Virus record (IMG/VR): IMGVR_UViG_3300005326_000738
Span: 1 to 36,937 of that record
Direction: 5' to 3' (one strand)
Source of the DNA: a virus
Lineage: Duplodnaviria > Caudoviricetes
DNA: 36,937 nucleotides
Shown here: one piece after another, positions 8,753-16,108 of the stretch
Layout of the letters: each line of letters begins with the position of its first letter
Numbering within the stretch: position 1 is the first letter of the stretch
The notes under the pieces: model-generated
What the model was told of the DNA's origin: nothing
Seen by the model: only the letters and a program-made list of their open reading frames with translations
Databases searched by the model: none
Made by a program: the position numbers and the translations under genes

Positions 8753-8994
8753 CTGCACATGAAGCAATACGCGAATACAATGGCTGTGATAACTGCGACT
8801 GTCTTTGTACCGGCGATCAGCTTACAGCCCGCCTGTGTTTTTTTGATGATGTGGATACGGCGAAATATCAATGCACCAGAGAGGAGTGTGAGGTATACCG
8901 GTATTGTTTGTCACAGGGTGAAATATGTGAGGATTCGTTTGTCATGATGACGTTTAAAGAGAAGGAAGGAGATTTTTCAATGAAAAATATATGA
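8749..8994 (+). CDS. Small Cys-rich hypothetical protein
   Basis: GTGA overlap; AAGGAGG upstream; CDNCDCLC plus further Cys. Confidence 0.6.
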   Translation: MTAHEAIREYNGCDNCDCLCTGDQLTARLCFFDDVDTAKYQCTREECEVYRYCLSQGEICEDSFVMMTFKEKEGDFSMKNI

Positions 8995-9011
8995 CATTGT
9001 AGCAAAGGCCG

Positions 9012-9039
9012 AGACCACTAAACATTTGTTTAGTGGTCT
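9012..9039. other. Perfect 12-bp intergenic hairpin
   Basis: AGACCACTAAAC-ATTT-GTTTAGTGGTCT; no U-tract. Confidence 0.7.
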
Positions 9040-9083
9040 GCCGGTTATACCGGTACTGATGAGGCAAAACGCGAGGTGACAGA

Positions 9084-9389
9084 ATGAAAATACCATGTTC
9101 TCCAGGTTGCAGTGGGCATGTATCACATCCGTGTGAAAAATGCGGGCAGCAATGGGATAAGCCAGAGGCAAAAATGAACGACACTGTTATCATCAACGTT
9201 AGATTCGGCGACGGCACTTATACTGCCAGGGCAAAGGGACTAAATAAAGCGGTATCGCGTACATCATGCGGAAAGGATGCTGCAGAGGCTCTGGCGGTTA
9301 AGCTGATGACCGGCAAACCATACACGCTAAAACAGTATGGAACATTATATACATGGGTGTTGTCGAAAATACCGGAGGGAAAAGAATGA
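9084..9389 (+). CDS. Hypothetical protein with N-terminal Cys/His motif
   Basis: GAGGTG RBS; CSPGCSGHVSHPCEKC. Confidence 0.65.
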   Translation: MKIPCSPGCSGHVSHPCEKCGQQWDKPEAKMNDTVIINVRFGDGTYTARAKGLNKAVSRTSCGKDAAEALAVKLMTGKPYTLKQYGTLYTWVLSKIPEGKE

Positions 9390-9628
9390 TGAATCAAAAA
9401 TTGTTGGAAATTAACCATCCTTGGGTAGGAGAAAGAATTACAATAAGGCGTACCAAAGGAATTGTTGTGGCTGCGAGAAAGGGCGAAAAGATGCTTGATC
9501 TCATAACAGGAAAAATGGTTGATGACACGGTACAATTTAAAATTCAGCCGGATTCCGGGGCACGTCAATTTTGGACCGCTTCATTTATTAGTTATACAGA
9601 AAGCGAAAAACCTCCTATCGTGATTTAA
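9386..9628 (+). CDS. Hypothetical protein (small beta-rich domain)
   Basis: GGAGG RBS and ATGA overlap. Confidence 0.6.
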   Translation: MMNQKLLEINHPWVGERITIRRTKGIVVAARKGEKMLDLITGKMVDDTVQFKIQPDSGARQFWTASFISYTESEKPPIVI

Positions 9629-9651
9629 AAAACCAAAGGGAGCAAACTAAC

Positions 9652-10359
9652 ATGCAACACACAAACATTGAGTGGGTTATTAATCCTGACGGATCGAGGG
9701 GATACACGAGCAATCCCGTAAAAGGGAAATGCCTGCACGGATGCCCTTATTGTTATGCCGAGCAGATCAGGAAGCATTATAAATGGCCGGAAAAGATGTC
9801 CTATCATATCGAGGAACTTGACGAGATTGAAAAGCTCAAAAAGCGAAGCACGATCTTTGTCGGCAGCATGCATGACATTTTCGGTGAATGGGTACCCCAG
9901 GTGGTCATTGACAATATTGCAATGCTGGCAAATTACTGTCCCCATACACTGCTCTTCCTTACAAAAAACCCCACAAGGTATTTGACTGTTATTGATGGGT
10001 ATCTGCATAAAAGCATGTGGCTGGGCGTCACAATGACCTATGACAACAGTAAACTTCAGGGAGAAATAAGAGATCTGTACCATTTCTATCAATCCCAGGT
10101 AAACGTCTACGTATCCTTTGAGCCATTGCTGGGAGAAATAGGCCATTTACCGTTGTGTGACTGGGCTATTATCGGGTGCCTTAACCGTAACGGCAGGCCA
10201 GTGTCTCCGGATCGCGGCGGGACAAAGAAAGAATGGGTGCTGAATCTCATCGAAGCATTAGACAACGCACAGGTACCCATATTTATTAAAGACGCATTAT
10301 ACCGGCTCTATCCCGATCTACCGCAAAGACGGGAATTGTCATATTTGAGGAAAAAATGA
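9652..10359 (+). CDS. DUF5131 / phage Gp37Gp68 family radical-SAM-like protein
   Basis: TNIEW, NPVKGKCLHGCPYCYA (CxxxCxxC), IFVGSMHDIF, LFLTKNP, VSFEPLLG, DWAIIG, VPIFIK. Confidence 0.92.
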   Translation: MQHTNIEWVINPDGSRGYTSNPVKGKCLHGCPYCYAEQIRKHYKWPEKMSYHIEELDEIEKLKKRSTIFVGSMHDIFGEWVPQVVIDNIAMLANYCPHTLLFLTKNPTRYLTVIDGYLHKSMWLGVTMTYDNSKLQGEIRDLYHFYQSQVNVYVSFEPLLGEIGHLPLCDWAIIGCLNRNGRPVSPDRGGTKKEWVLNLIEALDNAQVPIFIKDALYRLYPDLPQRRELSYLRKK

Positions 10360-10526
10360 ATACTATGCCCTGCTGGAACTGTGACGGAGAAATGAGGCGA
10401 TTCGGAGAGGATAGTTTTTACTATTATTACCGCTGCCCGAAGTGTGGGAAAACACATACCGAACTCCGGGATGACCGTCCCGGAAAAATTGGGGAGAACA
10501 ATGAAAACAATAACTATCTCAGTTGA
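10356..10526 (+). CDS. Small zinc-ribbon protein (56 aa)
   Basis: ATGA overlap with GAGG RBS; CWNC...CPKCG; below the ORF-track cutoff. Confidence 0.7.
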   Translation: MNTMPCWNCDGEMRRFGEDSFYYYYRCPKCGKTHTELRDDRPGKIGENNENNNYLS

Positions 10527-10770
10527 TTTGAACGAGGATGATATCTACTTGTTGGGAATAATACACGAGAAAAAATCTACAAAAAAAAAGTACGTCATAG
10601 GCCGACCTGAACACTGGGGAAAAACCAAGTTATACATAAAGGTTTTTCAAAAACTGGTTTTGATTGAAGCGGTACATCATTCTCGTAATGGGTACTGTTG
10701 GTTGACCGCCCGTGGACTGCAGGCGTTACAAACGGCTCAAACTGCCTGTCCTCGCTTGACGGGGGTTTAA
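10501..10770 (+). CDS. Hypothetical protein (possible winged-helix-like)
   Basis: GGGGAG RBS; WLTARG motif; its last codons (CPRLTG) come from a 20-bp repeat copy. Confidence 0.6.
   Translation: MKTITISVDLNEDDIYLLGIIHEKKSTKKKYVIGRPEHWGKTKLYIKVFQKLVLIEAVHHSRNGYCWLTARGLQALQTAQTACPRLTGV
10745..10764. repeat. 20-bp hairpin element
   Basis: CCTGTCCTCGCTTGACGGGG; identical at 13896-13915 and, reverse-complemented, at 11676-11695. Confidence 0.9.
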
Positions 10771-10825
10771 ACTGGTTGCCAGTCCCGGAGTAGCTCTGTC
10801 CGGGGAACTGTGCCGGAGGCACATT

Positions 10826-11185
10826 ATGGAGCAGATGCCGATTGATTTTGACAAGCCGATGATGACAGAGGAGCAGCGTATGATCTACTCTCTTTTAAGA
10901 AAAGGCAGAGCGAATGCGCGGACGGTTGAAACTTTGTCAGTAATTACCAGCATACATGAAACAAGGCTCAGAGCTATCGTCAAGCATATTATCGAGCGTC
11001 ATCATATCCTGATCTGTTCGGCTACATCGCCGCCTGCAGGGTATTATCTGCCGCAGACAAAACAGGAATATGCCCAGGGAACGGCGCAGCTCGTGCACAG
11101 AATCAGGTCAATGGCTGTAAGGTTGAGAGCTATGGACTTATCGGCATATGAAGAATTATTCGGTCAAAGGAGGCTTGATTTATAA
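10826..11185 (+). CDS. Winged-HTH protein
   Basis: GRANARTVETLS...RLRAIVKHI...ICS...GYYLP pattern; GGAGG RBS. Confidence 0.75.
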   Translation: MEQMPIDFDKPMMTEEQRMIYSLLRKGRANARTVETLSVITSIHETRLRAIVKHIIERHHILICSATSPPAGYYLPQTKQEYAQGTAQLVHRIRSMAVRLRAMDLSAYEELFGQRRLDL

Positions 11186-11739
11186 TGCTGTATTACAAAC
11201 CTAAAAAACCTGAACTGTCCATCAGCAGGGATCAGATCAGGAAGATAGGCACTGTGCGCCATACATTAGGCATACCTGACGAACAATATTACAGCATACT
11301 CGCTGAGCGATTCCGCGCAACATCCTGCAAATCGCTGACGATGAGGCAGGCAAGACAGTTTATTGATCTGCTTACCGGTAAAAAATGCTGGATTTGCGCT
11401 CCGAGGCCCAGACGGGAGAGTCTGCCGACTAATGTGACTGTCCTTGTATCGCCTGATCAGGAATATATGATCGAGGATCTCCGCCAGGCTCATTCCTGGG
11501 CATGGCATCCGCTGAAATATAAGACATGGTTGAAAAACCGTTTCGGTAAGGAATGGGCAAAACAATGCTGGCCTGTGGACAGGGTAATATTGTCATACCA
11601 GGCAAGTATGGTTATCGAGGCATTAAAAGCAATGATAAAGGCAGAGAAACGCTGTGGATGCAGTTTTAATAACTCCCCCGTCAAGCGAGGACAGGCCCCG
11701 TTGCACGAGGACAGGAGCACGGAGCAAACACAGGTATGA
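11185..11739 (+). CDS. gemA: GemA-like regulatory protein (DUF1018, Mu gp16)
   Basis: QIRKIGTVRHTLGIPDEQYYSIL...SCKSLT...QARQFID and QASMVIEALKAM; directly before mor. Confidence 0.85.
   Translation: MLYYKPKKPELSISRDQIRKIGTVRHTLGIPDEQYYSILAERFRATSCKSLTMRQARQFIDLLTGKKCWICAPRPRRESLPTNVTVLVSPDQEYMIEDLRQAHSWAWHPLKYKTWLKNRFGKEWAKQCWPVDRVILSYQASMVIEALKAMIKAEKRCGCSFNNSPVKRGQAPLHEDRSTEQTQV
11676..11715. repeat. Tandem pair of 20-bp hairpin elements
   Basis: CCCCG-TCAAG-CGAGGACAGG followed directly by CCCCG-TTGCA-CGAGGACAGG. Confidence 0.9.
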
Positions 11740-12059
11740 GCGACAGATCCCTTGCATGGGTAAGAGATATTGAGATTGAAGATCTGCTGGATAAAGACGC
11801 CAAGCTTGTGCACGAATGGTGTGGTCTTGATGTTCTGATGAAGCTATGGGAACATTTCCCGTCTATGAATATATATGTTTCCACGACACCGTTGAACAAG
11901 ATCAAGAAAAGGTATGTCAAAAAGCATTTCAATGGTCACAACGTAAAAGAACTCTGCAAACTACTGGATGTATCGGAGCGTTTTGTCTATGAAGTGCTGG
12001 AAGAAAAGGGAATAGTCCATAAAGGACAAGAAGGGTTGTTTGATAATTTTAATAGTTAA
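11736..12059 (+). CDS. mor: Mor/C-family transcription activator
   Basis: GLDVLMKLWEHFPSMNIYV...FNGHNVKELCKLLDVSERFVYEVL; last early gene. Confidence 0.9.
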   Translation: MSDRSLAWVRDIEIEDLLDKDAKLVHEWCGLDVLMKLWEHFPSMNIYVSTTPLNKIKKRYVKKHFNGHNVKELCKLLDVSERFVYEVLEEKGIVHKGQEGLFDNFNS

Positions 12060-12109
12060 AAAATTCTCCATGTGATAACATGATAAAAATCCATTACATG
12101 GGGGTAAAT

Positions 12110-13120
12110 ATGGCACAAAAACGTGAGATCGAATTTGCAAATTTTACATGTAAATTTGGAGAAAGAAAGGTATTGCTCGACTATGCCACTGAGATAGTTA
12201 TACCGGCATTTCTTGTGGAAGGGCTTGTTCGATCTTATGGTAATACACGGTACTGTTTTCACAAAACAGAATTGATTAAACTTGAAGACGGAGACAACCC
12301 TGTATTTGGCATTACGGGACGATTTATTAAAGACACCAAATTGAAAAGAGAACAGATTTTTGATGGTATAGATATAAAAAAAGATGATATGGAAATACCA
12401 TCCGCACCATCCGCGCTCTTCCTTCTTATATTAAATAATCATAAATTCATATATTTACCTGAAACATCAAATGCCCCTAAAATAGAATCTTTTGAGGCTA
12501 CAATAGATAAGTTTATCAGAATAAAACATAGAGAATATATAGATAAGACCTATGATTTTCATAAAAACAATCCAAAAGGAGATTCTTCCGTAACTAAAAA
12601 AACCTTATTAGAAGAATGCCCATATCCATCGGTCGATATAATTCCTTTGTCCAGCGATGAAAACCTTGAAAGGTTTATTAACCGATATGGTTTGTTGAAA
12701 ACTATAAACGCCAAGTTAGTACAAACAAATAATGAAGCCGATACAGATCCTCTTTTTGAGATGATAAGAAATAAAATGGGTGATATTGGTTCGGATCAAA
12801 CTACCTTGATACATAACAACCGAAAGGGCTTATTGAAAGAAGAAGCTATCAGGCAGTTGAAACCAATTGCGAGAGACGGAAACGCGCGTATAAATCTTGA
12901 AGGAAAAGATGAATATGGAAGTGTTCTGAAAGGGAATAATAACAATTTTAGGCTTCGCATTCCAGTCGAAAACATCCACGATGTTATACGGAAAAACGCA
13001 AATGAAATGTATAATGCTTTTAAAAAACTTCTAAAACAGGGTACGATTGAAATAAATATTGAACTACCCTCCATCAAGAAGATTTTGGAGATATTGGAAT
13101 ATGGCAAAAAAATTGAATAA
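12110..13120 (+). CDS. Soluble protein, DUF4747/RexA-like (putative defence sensor)
   Basis: AT-rich; VDIIPLSSDENLERFI...LKTINAKLVQTN and GNARINLEGKDEYG resemble DUF4747 by eye; overlaps a 4-TM gene. Confidence 0.6.
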   Translation: MAQKREIEFANFTCKFGERKVLLDYATEIVIPAFLVEGLVRSYGNTRYCFHKTELIKLEDGDNPVFGITGRFIKDTKLKREQIFDGIDIKKDDMEIPSAPSALFLLILNNHKFIYLPETSNAPKIESFEATIDKFIRIKHREYIDKTYDFHKNNPKGDSSVTKKTLLEECPYPSVDIIPLSSDENLERFINRYGLLKTINAKLVQTNNEADTDPLFEMIRNKMGDIGSDQTTLIHNNRKGLLKEEAIRQLKPIARDGNARINLEGKDEYGSVLKGNNNNFRLRIPVENIHDVIRKNANEMYNAFKKLLKQGTIEINIELPSIKKILEILEYGKKIE

Positions 13121-13763
13121 TAAAGATTTTATGCAGGAATTAACTGCGGAAAAGAATCTTTTTCAAATATATAAACAAGCAAGAAGATTGCCATCAAAGA
13201 AATTCAATAATATAGCAACCGGTATAACGATCTTACTACTTATGTTATATGTGTTATTAAATACCAAATCAGAATTAGACATTGCTAATGAAGTCAGAAC
13301 ACTATCAAACGCGGGTTTTGTTTTTACGACTCAAATGCTCGCATTTCTGCTTGCAGGCTTTACAGTAGCCGCTACACAGATTAAACCAGAATTACTCAAG
13401 ATAATGGCACAAACAACAGAGGAAGAGAGCCAGCTTAGTTTCTTAAAATATATCTTATTTTCTTTCATGTATGTATTTGCAATTTATATGGCATTTGCTA
13501 TATTTTGTATAAGCATAAAACTGTTTGCTTCAACAGGTGGTTTATGTTCTATTTTGCTATCCTGGATAAATATCGATATTGCCAGAATAGTAAAGAAATG
13601 GTTGGTAAATGTAGGATTTGTTTTAGTTGGTACCTGTTTTGTCAATTCCATACTTCTTCTTAAATCATTTGTGTTTAACGTTTATCATATAATAATGACC
13701 GGGATTAGATGGGAACTTGAAAAGAAGTGTTTGAATAGAATTTCCTCCGATACTGACCAGTAA
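13101..13763 (+). CDS. Four-TM membrane protein (putative defence effector)
   Basis: About four hydrophobic helices; AT-rich; overlaps the upstream gene. Confidence 0.75.
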   Translation: MAKKLNNKDFMQELTAEKNLFQIYKQARRLPSKKFNNIATGITILLLMLYVLLNTKSELDIANEVRTLSNAGFVFTTQMLAFLLAGFTVAATQIKPELLKIMAQTTEEESQLSFLKYILFSFMYVFAIYMAFAIFCISIKLFASTGGLCSILLSWINIDIARIVKKWLVNVGFVLVGTCFVNSILLLKSFVFNVYHIIMTGIRWELEKKCLNRISSDTDQ

Positions 13764-13815
13764 TAATAAAAGCCCTTTTTGTCTGTCAAACTTAGCATAT
13801 TTCAACTTAAATTCT

Positions 13816-13868
13816 TGAACCGTTCAGTAAGCATTATTCAGTAGCATATCTTAGAATCTCCCTATAAT
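13816..13868 (+). promoter_or_regulatory. Activator-dependent late promoter
   Basis: TGAAC-C-GTTCA palindrome (13816-13826), TTCAGTA(A)GCAT direct repeat (13823, 13837) and TATAAT (13863-13868) with no consensus -35; upstream of the lysis genes. Confidence 0.6.
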
Positions 13869-13895
13869 GACTCACAGCAAAAACCACACACGTGA

Positions 13896-13915
13896 CCTGT
13901 CCTCGCTTGACGGGG
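13896..13915. repeat. 20-bp hairpin element in the late-operon leader
   Basis: CCTGTCCTCGCTTGACGGGG, identical to 10745-10764. Confidence 0.9.
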
Positions 13916-13987
13916 AATAGTTTATCTATCGGACGGGGACCTGACGATGTGCAGGCCCCGATCCTCATCAATCAACCGGAGGATTTT

Positions 13988-14464
13988 ATGGAAACAAGTT
14001 TTGATCCTGCCTTGCAATTTATCCTTAAGGAAGAAGGCGACTATGTTGTAGACCACGCAGGTGCTACACAGATGGGGCTTACAATTGGTCTGATGAAGAC
14101 GCTTAAACTCGATCTCGATCATGACGGGGATGTAGATAAGGATGACGTAAAGAAAGTGGATTCCGAGCTTGTCCGTAAGGTCTTCCGTGAGCAGTTCTGG
14201 AATCCTGTTAATGGAGATAAACTACCTCCCGGCATAGATCTGCTTGCAGCGGATTTCTCATATAACGCCGGGGCTGTAGCCGCAAAATCATTGCTTGTTT
14301 ACGATGACATAGCCGTATATACGCTCCGCAGACAAATGTATTATTGGTCTCTGAGATGCAAAAATCCAAAAAAGTATAAAGATTATTTTGATGGCTGGAT
14401 AGGTCGCTCACTGCGTGCATGGCAGAAAGCTATAGAGCTACAAGCCAATCATAAGGAGGGGTGA
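13988..14464 (+). CDS. Endolysin, glycoside hydrolase family 108
   Basis: GGAGGA RBS; EEGDYVVDHAGATQMGLT variant of the EGGY..D.GG.T..GIT motif; FW...D.LP.GI...DF.YNAG; FDGWIGR. Confidence 0.88.
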   Translation: METSFDPALQFILKEEGDYVVDHAGATQMGLTIGLMKTLKLDLDHDGDVDKDDVKKVDSELVRKVFREQFWNPVNGDKLPPGIDLLAADFSYNAGAVAAKSLLVYDDIAVYTLRRQMYYWSLRCKNPKKYKDYFDGWIGRSLRAWQKAIELQANHKEG

Positions 14465-14465
14465 C

Positions 14466-14996
14466 ATGGAATGGGGTGATGTAGGAAAAATCATTGCGAA
14501 GATAGCTCCGCTTGCAGGTACGGCTTTGCTCGGCCCTGCCGGGGGAGCAGTAGGCGGGATCATAGCTTCACTCTTTGGAGTAGATGCAGCACCCGATCAG
14601 GTCGTGCAGGCCATACAAGCAGACCCCCAGGCAGCGTTAAAACTTAAAGAGCTTGAACTCAATCATAAGCTGGAACTGGAGAAGATGATCCTCGATGCCG
14701 AGCGCTTGCGCCTTGCCGATGTAGCCGACGCACGGCATAGAGAGGTGGAAGGTACTAAAGTGACAGGCAAACGGGACATCAACCTCTATATGCTCGCATG
14801 GGTCCTCGTGCTCGGTTTTTTTGCTCTGGTGGCAACGCTGATCTTTCGGGCATTACCACCTGATTCAAGCGGAGTGATCTATATGCTCTTCGGTTCCCTT
14901 AGCGCAGGCTTCGGAGCCGTGACACAATACTTTTTCGGCAGTTCCAAGGGTAGCGATGACAAAACCGTGCTACTTGCAAAGGCGAGCATTAAATGA
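14466..14996 (+). CDS. Holin-like membrane protein
   Basis: Gly-zipper N-terminus, DVADAR.RE, two TM helices, YFFGSSKGS; next to the endolysin. Confidence 0.75.
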   Translation: MEWGDVGKIIAKIAPLAGTALLGPAGGAVGGIIASLFGVDAAPDQVVQAIQADPQAALKLKELELNHKLELEKMILDAERLRLADVADARHREVEGTKVTGKRDINLYMLAWVLVLGFFALVATLIFRALPPDSSGVIYMLFGSLSAGFGAVTQYFFGSSKGSDDKTVLLAKASIK

Positions 14997-15298
14997 CCTG
15001 GGGAGAGGTTTTAAAAACGCTGGTATTTTGGGGGCCGGGGGCAGTGCTTGCCGGAATACTTATTTATGTCGGATATATGCTGCTTCTTAAATTAGCGGAT
15101 AAGCTGATTGATAAGTTCGGGAATGAATTCATTACAGCACAGAAAGCCCAGGCTGAAGCAATGACAAAACAGGCTTTGAGTCTGGAAAAGCTTGAAACCT
15201 GCATACAAGGGATATTTGCCAGGGATGACAGGGACCACCAGGACATAAAGATCATGTTGAAAGTTGTTATCGACAGGCTTGAGAGGGGATATCAATGA
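14993..15298 (+). CDS. TM + coiled-coil protein (Mu gp25-like slot)
   Basis: One N-terminal TM and a helical C-terminus; between holin and terminase genes. Confidence 0.65.
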   Translation: MTWGEVLKTLVFWGPGAVLAGILIYVGYMLLLKLADKLIDKFGNEFITAQKAQAEAMTKQALSLEKLETCIQGIFARDDRDHQDIKIMLKVVIDRLERGYQ

Positions 15299-15606
15299 AC
15301 GAGGTTATGCGAGAAATCAGGGTGCGGGGGTTGATATTGGAGATACTGAAGGCAGGTGAAGGCACACGGGAACTTTCAGATCTGCAAAGCAATCTCTACA
15401 CCTTCGGCTACGCCATGCTTGTTAATGAAATAATGCCGGAGCTGAGGTATCTGCAGGACGGGGGATATGTAAGGATTGAAAAGAAATACGGCGGGAGAAT
15501 CGTTGAAATATCAATCACCAAAAAAGGCGACGATCTGGTGAATTGCATCATTGATGAGGATGTCGGCGTATTGATCCCAAGGTGTGAGAAGCCGCATGGC
15601 AAATAA
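15295..15606 (+). CDS. Mu gp26-like winged-helix protein
   Basis: R..ILEIL...ELRYLQDGGYV...ITKKGDDLV...D.GV.IP pattern. Confidence 0.75.
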   Translation: MNEVMREIRVRGLILEILKAGEGTRELSDLQSNLYTFGYAMLVNEIMPELRYLQDGGYVRIEKKYGGRIVEISITKKGDDLVNCIIDEDVGVLIPRCEKPHGK

Positions 15607-16108
15607 ATCATATCAAGATGAGACAAGAGAAACTGCCTATCAGACCTGGAGAGACTGTGGGCAAAATTATCAGTTCACACTGAAGGAACTGAAAAAGAAA
15701 GGTTTTATTATCAGCGCTCCTACCCTGTATGACTGGGCCGAGAAATATACCTGGAAAGACCGGGCAGCAAGGGCTGAGACTGAGGAACGGAAAGCAAAAG
15801 ATATAAACATATCTTTTGATGAAAAACTTCTGGCCGATATGACAAAACAAAAAGAACGTTACGACCGATATCTGGAAGGTCTGGGCGATATGAAGACGGA
15901 TGTAAATGCACTGAACGGCTATATAAACCTTTGCAAAACAATATCTGATGTACGTTCTAAAACCGGCGCGTTTAAAGCCGCACTGTTTATTGATTTTATG
16001 AAAGACCTCATAGACTGGCTGAGCAAGAATGACCCCGGAGCGGTTGCTGTCATTGAAGGGATCTTTGACGACTTTGTGAAGTATGCCAGGGAGAAATATG
16101 CCGCTTAG
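15596..16108 (+). CDS. terS: Terminase small subunit
   Basis: N-terminal HTH (TLYDWAEKYTW) with helical body; directly before terL. Confidence 0.75.
   Translation: MANKSYQDETRETAYQTWRDCGQNYQFTLKELKKKGFIISAPTLYDWAEKYTWKDRAARAETEERKAKDINISFDEKLLADMTKQKERYDRYLEGLGDMKTDVNALNGYINLCKTISDVRSKTGAFKAALFIDFMKDLIDWLSKNDPGAVAVIEGIFDDFVKYAREKYAA

Noticed and set aside
9056-9080. CTGATGA next to hairpins, suggesting a hammerhead ribozyme
   Set aside because: The required GAAA after stem II is missing (GAGG) and stems I/III cannot be formed convincingly.
11676-11715. Mini CRISPR array
   Set aside because: Two abutting units with no spacers and no cas genes.
13892-13987. N-terminal extension of the endolysin (MTCPRLTG...)
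   Set aside because: It is read-through of the leader containing the 20-bp element; the RBS-supported start is 13988.
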